This document shows positions 28,261 through 36,589 of a DNA stretch of 64,000 nucleotides, piece after piece. Location of the stretch: positions 128,001-192,000 of IMG/VR virus record IMGVR_UViG_3300021255_004000; one strand, given 5' to 3'. A program made the translations under genes and the position numbers. This stretch comes from a virus. Taxonomy: Duplodnaviria; Caudoviricetes. The notes beneath the pieces were generated by a model. It was not told the origin of the DNA. It made no database searches and was given only the letters and a program-made list of their open reading frames with translations. Position 1 is the stretch's first letter, and each line of letters opens with the position of its first letter.

Positions 28261-28933
28261 CAACAAGCGGCTTGTTGTAAGATGGGAAGAACTTGCTCAA
28301 GTCTATACCATAGCCTGAATGCGGTGGGTCAAAGTTGTCATCTTTTGCAATAAACTCAACAGGAATGCCAAAATTTTTCTTTTCAAGAACTCTTGATGTT
28401 TCTTTAATAAGGAAAGAGTCTTTCAAAACATTGTAATCACTTGCAAGTTTATTTAAGATGTCTGAACAAACAACATACCAGTGCTTTTCAATAAAGTAAT
28501 CCCAGTCGCATTTCTTCCAAGTAAACAATTCTGATTTAATTCTTATTTCTTCAAGAATGTCCTGAACATAATCGACTTCTTCTTGGTCAAAGTCATAAGG
28601 TTCTTTGAAGAACAAACACATAATACCGAACATTGAATAGTTCTCAACAGAACCCTGTGCAGTGACATCAATAAATAATGGTTTTGTAACACCTGCTTTT
28701 GCACAGCGAATTAAGTCGTCTTCAAAAGCAATTACTTTTGCATTTTCATCAAGACCATTAAAATAAAAGTTAATGAACCACTTAAACACAGGATTGAACT
28801 GTTCTGGATTTGCAATAAGCCACATTGCGAACTCATCTGTGTTTGAAGCTTGTTCCTGAGCCTCTTCTGGTGTTCGATAATTTTTAAGGAATAAGTTTTT
28901 GTAATAAGGATCAGGTCTTTGACTCAAAGCCAT
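28190..28933 (-). CDS. Hypothetical protein
   Basis: 247-aa ORF with SD GGAGG. Confidence 0.65.
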   Translation of the reverse strand: MALSQRPDPYYKNLFLKNYRTPEEAQEQASNTDEFAMWLIANPEQFNPVFKWFINFYFNGLDENAKVIAFEDDLIRCAKAGVTKPLFIDVTAQGSVENYSMFGIMCLFFKEPYDFDQEEVDYVQDILEEIRIKSELFTWKKCDWDYFIEKHWYVVCSDILNKLASDYNVLKDSFLIKETSRVLEKKNFGIPVEFIAKDDNFDPPHSGYGIDLSKFFPSYNKPLVVTMSECTHLSNSCDADLTKQSLA

Positions 28934-29132
28934 TTATAGCCTCCACTTTATATGCTTTGCCAACTTTGTTATTTACATACAAGTAATTTACAAGTTTTGC
29001 AGCAGTGTCTTTAGTTATGCTTCTTGCACCAGCTTTATCTGTTACCCAAAAGCAAAAGTCGGACTGCTCGACATCATAGCAGGCAAAATAGGAATCTTGT
29101 TTTGTTTCTTTATTATATTTCTTGACTATCAT
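28911..29132 (-). CDS. Small hypothetical protein
   Basis: ACTAATT 11 nt before ATG 29132. Confidence 0.55.
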   Translation of the reverse strand: MIVKKYNKETKQDSYFACYDVEQSDFCFWVTDKAGARSITKDTAAKLVNYLYVNNKVGKAYKVEAINGFESKT

Positions 29133-29138
29133 TAACAA

Positions 29139-29396
29139 TTAGTCTTTGTAATACTTTGAAATACGGTCATTGATGTAAGCTTCGATTCCTGCGTGTTCTG
29201 CTTCGTTGATGAATGTTGTAATAAATGCGATTTGACAACCTACATAGAAAATAATTACACTTCTTTCAGAATCTTCTGTATCAGGAAAGATTGCAAGATA
29301 ATCATCTTCATTGTCATCACGCTCGTAATAAACTTCACCAAGGCTTTCAACCATAGTGTCATCGTAATGAAATCCATTTAATTTCAAATCTTTCAT
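29139..29396 (-). CDS. Small acidic hypothetical protein
   Basis: GTTAATAT and SD GAGG upstream. Confidence 0.6.
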   Translation of the reverse strand: MKDLKLNGFHYDDTMVESLGEVYYERDDNEDDYLAIFPDTEDSERSVIIFYVGCQIAFITTFINEAEHAGIEAYINDRISKYYKD

Positions 29397-29451
29397 ATTT
29401 TGATACCTCGCAATATCTATATTAACTACTAATTGCTAATAAGAGGCAGAA

Positions 29452-30246
29452 ATGTGGAAATTAAGATCGATAAGAAGTTTTTTATTAAGCTTGGTTGTCT
29501 TGTTGTGTTTGGTGTCACCTGTTTTCTCGCAGGATGCTTATTCTTCAGATCTAGAGGAATTTCAGGAACTGGCGAACAGCTTGTCTCAGGAATCGTACTC
29601 GAACGAGATACAGCAGATAAGTTATTGGACGAACTTGGTATTGCAAGACCTGCAGGACAATCCGCAGTTGACGCTGGATACGCAGTCCTTAGAGGAGTAC
29701 AAGAACTTGGCAAGTCAAATGACGCAGCCCGCCTTTGTATCAGCGAAATTGAGCGAGAAGTTGATCTTACTCAACAAAACGCAGAAATTATCAAACAGTC
29801 TTTTGATGGAGTATCTGACGCAATCGACTATGGCTGGAGAATCGCAGAAGAACAAGCTGCAGCATATGAACGAATTGTTGAAACATTACAGCAATTTAAT
29901 AACGATACTGGAGAAGATGACGAAAAGTCAACTGCAGGACCTCGGGATAGTCAATGAACAGCTTGGCTTAATGCAACAAGAAACAGAAAGCTTGAAGATA
30001 CAAATTGAAGCAAACTTAAGATTAGCTACAAAAATGGCTGAAGAGATTGCGAAGTATCAAAATATGAAAAAGAGACTTCGTGCAACAGCTTATGCGGAAT
30101 TGGGAATTGGAATCCCTTGTCTTGTTATTGGATGTTTGCCAATTTGGACTCCTGAACAACAAAACATTAAAAACTTGTTCTTAGGAATTGGCGGAACTGC
30201 AACAGCTGCAGGTGGCTTTACATTTGCATTTACAATTACTTTTTAG
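29452..30246 (+). CDS. Exported coiled-coil protein with C-terminal membrane anchor (spanin-like component 1)
   Basis: Signal peptide ending SPVFS|Q, long heptad region, hydrophobic C-terminus ending FTFAFTITF. Confidence 0.65.
   Translation: MWKLRSIRSFLLSLVVLLCLVSPVFSQDAYSSDLEEFQELANSLSQESYSNEIQQISYWTNLVLQDLQDNPQLTLDTQSLEEYKNLASQMTQPAFVSAKLSEKLILLNKTQKLSNSLLMEYLTQSTMAGESQKNKLQHMNELLKHYSNLITILEKMTKSQLQDLGIVNEQLGLMQQETESLKIQIEANLRLATKMAEEIAKYQNMKKRLRATAYAELGIGIPCLVIGCLPIWTPEQQNIKNLFLGIGGTATAAGGFTFAFTITF
29454..29957 (+). CDS. Embedded membrane/lipoprotein coiled-coil protein (spanin-like component 2)
   Basis: GTG 29454 in alternate frame; KK + hydrophobic stretch + LAGC; helical acidic body; no stop for ~500 nt. 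Confidence 0.55.
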   Translation: MEIKIDKKFFIKLGCLVVFGVTCFLAGCLFFRSRGISGTGEQLVSGIVLERDTADKLLDELGIARPAGQSAVDAGYAVLRGVQELGKSNDAARLCISEIEREVDLTQQNAEIIKQSFDGVSDAIDYGWRIAEEQAAAYERIVETLQQFNNDTGEDDEKSTAGPRDSQ

Positions 30247-30254
30247 GAGATAAA

Positions 30255-30890
30255 ATGACAAGTAAAGAATTGTGGTTAAAGCGCATTAGAAACTGGGCAG
30301 GTTTCCTTGGAATGATCTTGCCTTGGATTTCTTTAATCGGCGCTGTTATCGTTAGCATTGCAACAGGCGTACCTGCTGCATTTTGGTCAACACTTTCAAT
30401 TTCAGCAACATATTACATATGTCCTGCTTTGACAGGTATTCTTACTGCTGCTTCGATTGTTCTTATGTGTTATGATGGTTATGACTGGCGTGATAATCTT
30501 ATTACAACAATCAGTGGTATATTTGGAATTATGATTGTTCTTTTTCCTTGTGCTTGTACAGTTGCAGGAGCAACAGTAGGATTCTTCCAACTTCCTGTAG
30601 CAATTTCAAACATCATACATTGTATATCTGCTTGTGCATTCTTTATATTGCTCTCAATTAACAGTTTGTTCTTATTTACACTTGGTGAAACAAATCCTAC
30701 AAAACAGAAAAAGATAAGAAACATTGTTTATCGAGTTTGTGGAATTGGAATGCTTTGTGCTTTAACATTGATGGTTATTCCTGTAACTTTCTTTGCAAAA
30801 ACATTTATAGTTGAAGCCATTGCGTTGACATTCTTCGGTATAAGTTGGTTGGTCAAAGGCCAAGCATTAGGTATATTAAAAGACAAATAA
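30255..30890 (+). CDS. Multi-pass membrane protein (DUF998-like)
   Basis: About 6 TM segments; SISATYY, H...A..FF, E...L..FG.SWLVKG. Confidence 0.65.
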   Translation: MTSKELWLKRIRNWAGFLGMILPWISLIGAVIVSIATGVPAAFWSTLSISATYYICPALTGILTAASIVLMCYDGYDWRDNLITTISGIFGIMIVLFPCACTVAGATVGFFQLPVAISNIIHCISACAFFILLSINSLFLFTLGETNPTKQKKIRNIVYRVCGIGMLCALTLMVIPVTFFAKTFIVEAIALTFFGISWLVKGQALGILKDK

Positions 30891-30896
30891 AATAAA

Positions 30897-30917
30897 AGGC
30901 GAGCTTTTTGCTCGCCT
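30897..30917. terminator. Bidirectional intrinsic terminator
   Basis: AGGCGAGC-TTTTT-GCTCGCCT between convergent genes. Confidence 0.85.
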
Positions 30918-30921
30918 ATTT

Positions 30922-32565
30922 TTATAAGCAGTTACTTAAAACATCAAGTTGTAATGGTTTACCCCAAACATATCCTTGAACATAATCACAACCTAAGAAA
31001 GCCAAAGTTGAAAGTTGAGCTTGATCTTCAACACCTTCAGCAATAACTTTACATCCCATAAGATGCCCAAGTTTAATGATTATATCAACGAATGATCTGT
31101 CACTTTCTTTAGTAAGCATTTTATCAACAAATGACTTATCGATCTTTAACATATCAACAGGCATTTTTGACAAATAGTTTAATGAAGAGTAACCTGTTCC
31201 AAAGTCGTCCAAAGCTGTTTTGACGCCAAGAACTTTTAATCTTTGAACAACCTGTGCAGCTTCTTCAATGTATCTTATATATGAACTTTCAGTTATTTCA
31301 ATCTTTAAGTTCTTTGGCGGGAAACCAGATTCTGAAAGAGAATCAATGACATTCTCAACAAAGCCTTTATTAGTAATGTGTTTTCCAGAAACATTTATTG
31401 ATACTTCAATGTCAGGATGTAAAGTAACGAAATCTTTCATTTGTTTCATTACATTATGCATTACCCACATATCAATTTCATATATAAGTCCGCTCTTTTC
31501 AGCAACCTGAATAAATTGCTGTGTGTTGATGTACTCGCCTTTCTTATTCTTTAATCTTATCAAAGACTCAAAACCTATAAGCTTGTGTGAATTGATTTCA
31601 TATTGTGGCTGATACAACATTTCAAAAGTATTATTCTTGATAGCGTTTTTCAAATCTTTTTCAGTTAAATAACGCTTCATTATTTCTTGGTACATATCTT
31701 GGTCAAAGAAATAGTAATCGTTCTTGCCGCCAAGTTTTGCTTTATACATTGCAGTATCCGCATAAGAAAGCAACTGTTGTAAGTCTGCAGTATCTTCATC
31801 ATATAATGCCAAACCTGCAGAAGCAGAAACATAATTTGCAAACTTTGACTGAAGTGTTGTGATTGAATGAAGAACATTAGTTACAAACTCTCTTGTTGTT
31901 TCTTTATCTTTTGTTTCATAAATGATTGCGAACTCATCTCCGCCTAAACGACAAACTGTAAATGGATATTTTGACGGAAGTTTGCTCCAAGTTGTAGCAA
32001 CCTCACAAAGTAATTCATCTCCTGCTTCGTGTCCTAAAGTATCATTAACTTGTTTGAAGTTGTCAAGGTCAAGGAACATAAGATAGAAATCTTTTCCCAT
32101 CTCGCTTTTCATTGCAAGCTCACGCAAAAGTCCGCGTCTGTTCAAACAACCTGTAAGTTGGTCTGTATATGCAGCTCTGTCAAGATCTTCTTCATCTTGT
32201 TTTAATCTTTTAATGTAACGCCACAATGTATAGACTAAACAACATCCCAATAATGAAAATGCCATTCCTGCACCGCAGTTGATAAATCCTTCGTGAATAA
32301 AATTGAGAATTGCAGATGCAAGCATAAAAGCATTGATTGGGAATACTATTTTGAAGACTTTTCCATTTGAAATGATCATTGCAAGAGAAAATGCGAATAT
32401 CTGAAAAGCCATCATACAACCGTTGATTGTAACGATTGCAGCTTTTGGAAGTGTGACGAGACAAGGAATGACTCCTAAGCCGTTAAGTAAAATTACTGTA
32501 AAAAATATAAGGCCCAGGAGAATCAAAATCTTTGAGATTGTGCGTCTTCTAGGTATGGTCTTCAT
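30922..32565 (-). CDS. Membrane-bound diguanylate cyclase / phosphodiesterase (GGDEF-EAL); start reassigned to 32565
   Basis: 4 TM; DLDNFK, RLGGDEF, ESLIR, EITES, DDFGTGYSS, KIDKSF, EGVE, QGY; ACTAATT 10 nt before ATG. Confidence 0.95.
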   Translation of the reverse strand: MKTIPRRRTISKILILLGLIFFTVILLNGLGVIPCLVTLPKAAIVTINGCMMAFQIFAFSLAMIISNGKVFKIVFPINAFMLASAILNFIHEGFINCGAGMAFSLLGCCLVYTLWRYIKRLKQDEEDLDRAAYTDQLTGCLNRRGLLRELAMKSEMGKDFYLMFLDLDNFKQVNDTLGHEAGDELLCEVATTWSKLPSKYPFTVCRLGGDEFAIIYETKDKETTREFVTNVLHSITTLQSKFANYVSASAGLALYDEDTADLQQLLSYADTAMYKAKLGGKNDYYFFDQDMYQEIMKRYLTEKDLKNAIKNNTFEMLYQPQYEINSHKLIGFESLIRLKNKKGEYINTQQFIQVAEKSGLIYEIDMWVMHNVMKQMKDFVTLHPDIEVSINVSGKHITNKGFVENVIDSLSESGFPPKNLKIEITESSYIRYIEEAAQVVQRLKVLGVKTALDDFGTGYSSLNYLSKMPVDMLKIDKSFVDKMLTKESDRSFVDIIIKLGHLMGCKVIAEGVEDQAQLSTLAFLGCDYVQGYVWGKPLQLDVLSNCL

Positions 32566-32575
32566 ACAAATTAGT

Positions 32576-32770
32576 TTATGGTTCCTCGGGATGTCGGATG
32601 TAATAATCAGTTTCAGTAAAGAGTTCGCCACAGTCACTTGGTCTCTCCTTATCATTGATTGTATATCCGAAACAACAACAAGGAACTCTTTCGTTGTTAG
32701 GACCTTTAGGCGGAGCAACACGATACTTGCAAAGGCGACATCCTGTAGGTTTAGATTCTTTCTTAGCCAT
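32576..32770 (-). CDS. Small Cys-rich protein
   Basis: CRLC...CCC...C. Confidence 0.55.
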   Translation of the reverse strand: MAKKESKPTGCRLCKYRVAPPKGPNNERVPCCCFGYTINDKERPSDCGELFTETDYYIRHPEEP

Positions 32771-33536
32771 TTATTTCCTCAAACTTCAAATCTTTTTGAT
32801 ATGTATAACATAATTGTTGTTTCCACAACTCAAATGCTTCTTTTTTGTCAAGTCCTGGGAACAGTGTTTCAAAAAAGAAAACAGTTCCACCATCTGCAAA
32901 GTCGATATACTTCACAGGAACATCACAGTTTGCAAGACGCCAATAAACTTTGTCATTGATTTCTTCTGCCCCGTAAGTATAATAAATTGTCTTTGCATTT
33001 GGATATCTTTTATGGAACTCATCAAACTTTGATATAAGCCAATGCAAACACTTTGCATCAGTATTCATTCTTATACCTTTATGTGGGTATTCATCAAACA
33101 CTTGAATGTTTGACTTATTTTTAAGTTCTTCAGGACGAATGTTGTATAAGTCGTAGTAGTAACGAACCCATTCATTTCTTCTTGAAGTATACATAAAAGT
33201 GCCGTTGTTGATATAAGGCTTATCAGTTAAACGAGCATCTGCGAAAACTGTATTCTTATGTTTGATTATTTCTTTAATGTCAGGAAAGAAAACATCTCCA
33301 TCAACTGTCAAGCAGTCTTCTTTACAGTCCATTGCCATTTTCATTCTTATTTGGTCAAGTTTGAACGGATATGTTTCTGCAATCTTTGAATGATTGCACT
33401 CTTCAATAGGTAGGTCTTTTTCTTGGAAAGTTTTTATTTCAACATTAGGCAACTGCTTTTTCAAGTTATCCAAGCAAAACTTTGCAACTGGGTTTTTGAA
33501 AAAGCGGCCTTCAAAATCGTATGTATACACAACCAT
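32763..33536 (-). CDS. GT-A glycosyltransferase-like protein
   Basis: DQIR, TVDGDVFF (DxD), INNGTF. Confidence 0.55.
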   Translation of the reverse strand: MVVYTYDFEGRFFKNPVAKFCLDNLKKQLPNVEIKTFQEKDLPIEECNHSKIAETYPFKLDQIRMKMAMDCKEDCLTVDGDVFFPDIKEIIKHKNTVFADARLTDKPYINNGTFMYTSRRNEWVRYYYDLYNIRPEELKNKSNIQVFDEYPHKGIRMNTDAKCLHWLISKFDEFHKRYPNAKTIYYTYGAEEINDKVYWRLANCDVPVKYIDFADGGTVFFFETLFPGLDKKEAFELWKQQLCYTYQKDLKFEEING

Positions 33537-33550
33537 ACGATTATATTAAC

Positions 33551-33826
33551 TTAATTCTTATTGAGCATACAATCTGAGCCTTGAACAATTTCCCATTGAT
33601 CTCCCCATTGTTCAACAGCTTCAACTTTGTTTTTATATGCAGGAGTTGTTCTTAAGCACTCATCACATTGAATGTACTTTTTGAAACATTTATGTTTCTC
33701 ATCCCACATTCTACGGACAAATGCAGTTGGCTTTTGATAAACCTCTGCACAGTCAGGACAATAAAAGCCATAAAGATTGTCAAATGTGCAGGTGTTTCTT
33801 ATAAAGGCTTTGATCTTATGCAGCAT
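33551..33826 (-). CDS. Zn-ribbon protein (Lar-like)
   Basis: CPDC...CDEC...EAVEQW. Confidence 0.55.
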   Translation of the reverse strand: MLHKIKAFIRNTCTFDNLYGFYCPDCAEVYQKPTAFVRRMWDEKHKCFKKYIQCDECLRTTPAYKNKVEAVEQWGDQWEIVQGSDCMLNKN

Positions 33827-34382
33827 ATTGCATCCTTATGTTGTGTGCTCTTTCTTTACAAGAAGCGCAAGTTTCTTTCGAGAAGTCGAACTCTTCTTTT
33901 CTTTCAATCTTCCCTTTCATTTCATCAAGAACAAAAGTTGTGTAGTAGAAATCTTCGATAAAGTCACCAAAGTACTTTTCAGTTGCGGCCCTTGTTCCAT
34001 ACTTACGAATGATGCGGTCTGCTTTACGCGGTGATATTCTGACAAGTTTCTGATAAGCGCTTCCTAAAAGTTCCTGTCCCATTGTCAACACTGTCATAAT
34101 TTCAATGGCAGCAATGCCGGAAATCTTATGCTCTTTTATTTCTTCATTATCTTTCAAATAATGAGCAAAGTCCTTCATATGTTTGTTGACTCTGTCAAAC
34201 GAAGCTTCCATTTCAAGAACCCATTTTGCACCAGGGTGTTTGCGGAAATAAGCTTCCTTTATTTCTTTAGGACAATCATCACTTGAGATGTTGTACTTAA
34301 CTCTCTTAATCTTAATGTGGGTAGCTGCCCAGAAAAGTGTTGCAAAAACAAAAATCCAAGCAATCGTTGCGACTGTGTTCAT
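33816..34382 (-). CDS. N-terminal TM hypothetical protein
   Basis: TM at residues 4-21; GTTAATAT and SD upstream. Confidence 0.6.
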   Translation of the reverse strand: MNTVATIAWIFVFATLFWAATHIKIKRVKYNISSDDCPKEIKEAYFRKHPGAKWVLEMEASFDRVNKHMKDFAHYLKDNEEIKEHKISGIAAIEIMTVLTMGQELLGSAYQKLVRISPRKADRIIRKYGTRAATEKYFGDFIEDFYYTTFVLDEMKGKIERKEEFDFSKETCASCKERAHNIRMQYAA

Positions 34383-34427
34383 TTTTACTCCTATTGATTA
34401 TATTAACGGGCCGAAGCCCATTTTTGA

Positions 34428-34808
34428 TTAGAACTTGAGGCTCCAAGCAGTTGTACGATAAGTCTTTCCTGAAGATGTTTCAACAGAGAAGGCGTACTTT
34501 GGAGAACGAGAATTGAAATCCTTGATCTTGCAGCGGCCGAGGCCAGAAACTTCAACATAAGTTCCAAGAACCTTTTCAGGTGCCTTAATGCCGTTCTTTG
34601 TAAGGAACCACTTTGCACGGCTTTCTGTTACAGGATCGATCTTGTATTCGCCATTTGCATCAAGTGCCTTTGTTGTTACCTTCCAGTCAAGGTTTGCATC
34701 GGTATATGTAAGGCAACAGTTGATCTTTTCAAGATTGTGCTTGCGGCAGAATTCTTCCACCATCTGTCCAAACTCAACATTCAATTCGTGTGCCAATTCT
34801 CTAGTCAT
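34428..34808 (-). CDS. Early hypothetical protein
   Basis: First gene after class I promoter; followed by GGGC-TTCG-GCCC hairpin. Confidence 0.65.
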   Translation of the reverse strand: MTRELAHELNVEFGQMVEEFCRKHNLEKINCCLTYTDANLDWKVTTKALDANGEYKIDPVTESRAKWFLTKNGIKAPEKVLGTYVEVSGLGRCKIKDFNSRSPKYAFSVETSSGKTYRTTAWSLKF

Positions 34809-34844
34809 AAGTTACTCCTTAATTTGTTTTGTTTTTACAAAAAT

Positions 34845-34873
34845 AATATAAAAGAAAATTATCAAAAGTTCAA
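34845..34873 (-). promoter_or_regulatory. Class I promoter
   Basis: TTGAAC-17-TATATT. Confidence 0.85.
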
Positions 34874-34903
34874 AATAATAAATAAAATCCTTGTATTCAT
34901 ATA

Positions 34904-34932
34904 TTATTATTGTCCCATATAGCTAAAAAAGT
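34904..34932 (+). repeat. 29-bp dispersed element, copy B
   Basis: TTATTATTGTCCCATATAGCTAAAAAAGT. Confidence 0.95.
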
Positions 34933-34939
34933 GGGTTGC

Positions 34940-35002
34940 AATTATACCTGATAGGGTACAAAAGTTGGTAAATTACTGGAAATTGTACCTGATAGGGTAT
35001 AA
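34940..35002. repeat. Tandem pair of quasi-palindromic operator-like sites
   Basis: AATTATACC-TGATAG-GGTACAA (34940-34961) and AATTGTACC-TGATAG-GGTATAA (34981-35002). Confidence 0.85.
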
Positions 35003-35027
35003 TCATAATTTTAGTTAATATTGATAT

Positions 35028-35243
35028 ATGAAGAACTTCAAAAAATGGTTGAATGAAAATGGACTTGAGACAGGTCTGACAATGCAACCTAGTGAACAGA
35101 TATTCCGCAAAGATGGGAAGAGTTTCCAAACAGGACGTCTTGCTATGACACTTAAAGATCTTTTTAATGCAGGATATGAACAATGCTTGAAAGACCTTGA
35201 AGACTTTCAACAATCAAGAGCAGCTGAAGAAAATGGTGGCTAA
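35028..35243 (+). CDS. Small hypothetical protein (apparently leaderless)
   Basis: GTTAATAT-N6-ATG. Confidence 0.6.
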   Translation: MKNFKKWLNENGLETGLTMQPSEQIFRKDGKSFQTGRLAMTLKDLFNAGYEQCLKDLEDFQQSRAAEENGG

Positions 35244-35303
35244 TAAGTTAATATAAAAATAAGTTCAATTTTATGGACATAATTTCTAAATAGAGGTATT
35301 GAA

Positions 35304-36524
35304 ATGAAATTTACACTTTCAAAGAATGAGCTTTCAAAGCTCAGTACACTTGTAAAAACATCACAGACAGTATCTGATGTTTCCATCAAAGCTTCACATT
35401 ATATGTTTAAGCTTGCTGACAAACTTTATGCTTCAATTTACGGAAGCGGAAATGTTGTTGACTTCTCAGTTGAAGTTACTGATGTTGAACTTTCAGGAAA
35501 TGGCTACTTCAATGTTGATGTAACACAGCTTATTCAGGCTTTTGAAAAAGTTTATATGGCTTCTGGAGCAGATGTTGCAACTGCAGATGTTCAGGCAAAC
35601 AAGATTATCGTATCAAACGGTAAGTCACGCATTTCTGTAAACTTGTTTGACTTGCTCGATGAAGCAGACTTCACAGAAGCATTTGCTGCACTTCCTTCAA
35701 AGAAAACTGAAAAGTTTGCCGCAAACACAGTTGTTGCAACAATTACGCCGGATGTCGTTTCCTTTATGGAAACTGTAGGTAAGTTCATCAATATGGTTGG
35801 TAATGACCGTGTTTCAGGTTTGTCATTGAAGGACAACAAAATCCTTTATTGTGACCAGGCATTCTCAATCATTGACAAGACTGTCCCAGATCAGTTGACA
35901 AACGGCGAAAAGGTTTACATTCCGCAGAACACATTTGCATTGCTTTCCGCAATTTCAAAACTTGCAGGTACTTACAATGTAACATATTCTGAAGACGGTC
36001 AGTATATGTTGATTGAAGTTCCACAGATTGGATTCAACGCAATCATCACTGTTCCTGAAACACTTTGTGAATATCCTGAGGACGAAACTCTTAAACAGAT
36101 TTGTCCTGATGAAACAAATATGGTTGAGTTTGATGTTGACATTCCAACATTGCTCACAAAGATGAATATGTTCGATGGTGTTTTCCCATCATCACAGTGG
36201 AGATGGAAGACAATCGAGTTTTACAACAAGAATGAAGACGGCGAAAAGTCAATGAATATGCGTTACAGCAATATGTGCGCAGAAGTTGATACTGACTTGC
36301 CTGTTATGAACTTGAACGAAGTAGGAAACATTCCTGAGTTCAGTTTCCGCCTTGCTTCAATCTTGGTTTATGATTACCTCAATAAACTTGTTGGTGGTGC
36401 AAGAACTGCTCACGTGAAAGTTTCACCGCTTGAAGCAGATCAGCCAAACGGTGTAGGCGTAATCTTTGATGTTGACAACTTCCGTCTCGTAACATCAAAA
36501 ATGGTAAATGAAGATAGCATCTAA
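35304..36524 (+). CDS. Sliding clamp, DnaN/beta-clamp-like
   Basis: MKFTLSKNEL start, 406 aa, three repeated beta/alpha units, EYP motif. Confidence 0.6.
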   Translation: MKFTLSKNELSKLSTLVKTSQTVSDVSIKASHYMFKLADKLYASIYGSGNVVDFSVEVTDVELSGNGYFNVDVTQLIQAFEKVYMASGADVATADVQANKIIVSNGKSRISVNLFDLLDEADFTEAFAALPSKKTEKFAANTVVATITPDVVSFMETVGKFINMVGNDRVSGLSLKDNKILYCDQAFSIIDKTVPDQLTNGEKVYIPQNTFALLSAISKLAGTYNVTYSEDGQYMLIEVPQIGFNAIITVPETLCEYPEDETLKQICPDETNMVEFDVDIPTLLTKMNMFDGVFPSSQWRWKTIEFYNKNEDGEKSMNMRYSNMCAEVDTDLPVMNLNEVGNIPEFSFRLASILVYDYLNKLVGGARTAHVKVSPLEADQPNGVGVIFDVDNFRLVTSKMVNEDSI

Positions 36525-36544
36525 TCTATCATTTTAATACCTTT

Positions 36545-36573
36545 AAGGCGTGGTCTTCGTGATCACGCCTTTT
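36545..36573 (+). terminator. Intrinsic terminator
   Basis: AAGGCGTGGTC-TTCGT-GATCACGCCTTTT. Confidence 0.8.
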
Positions 36574-36589
36574 GTGTTAATATATCATT

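Noticed and set aside
28790-28830. AMWLIANPEQFNPV as an eighth PxxFxG module
   Set aside because: N-terminal position, no Gly and no flanking strands
32566-32721. N-terminal 52 aa of the GGDEF-EAL ORF as given in the track
   Set aside because: Overlaps a separate Cys-rich gene; the ACTAATT motif places the start at 32565
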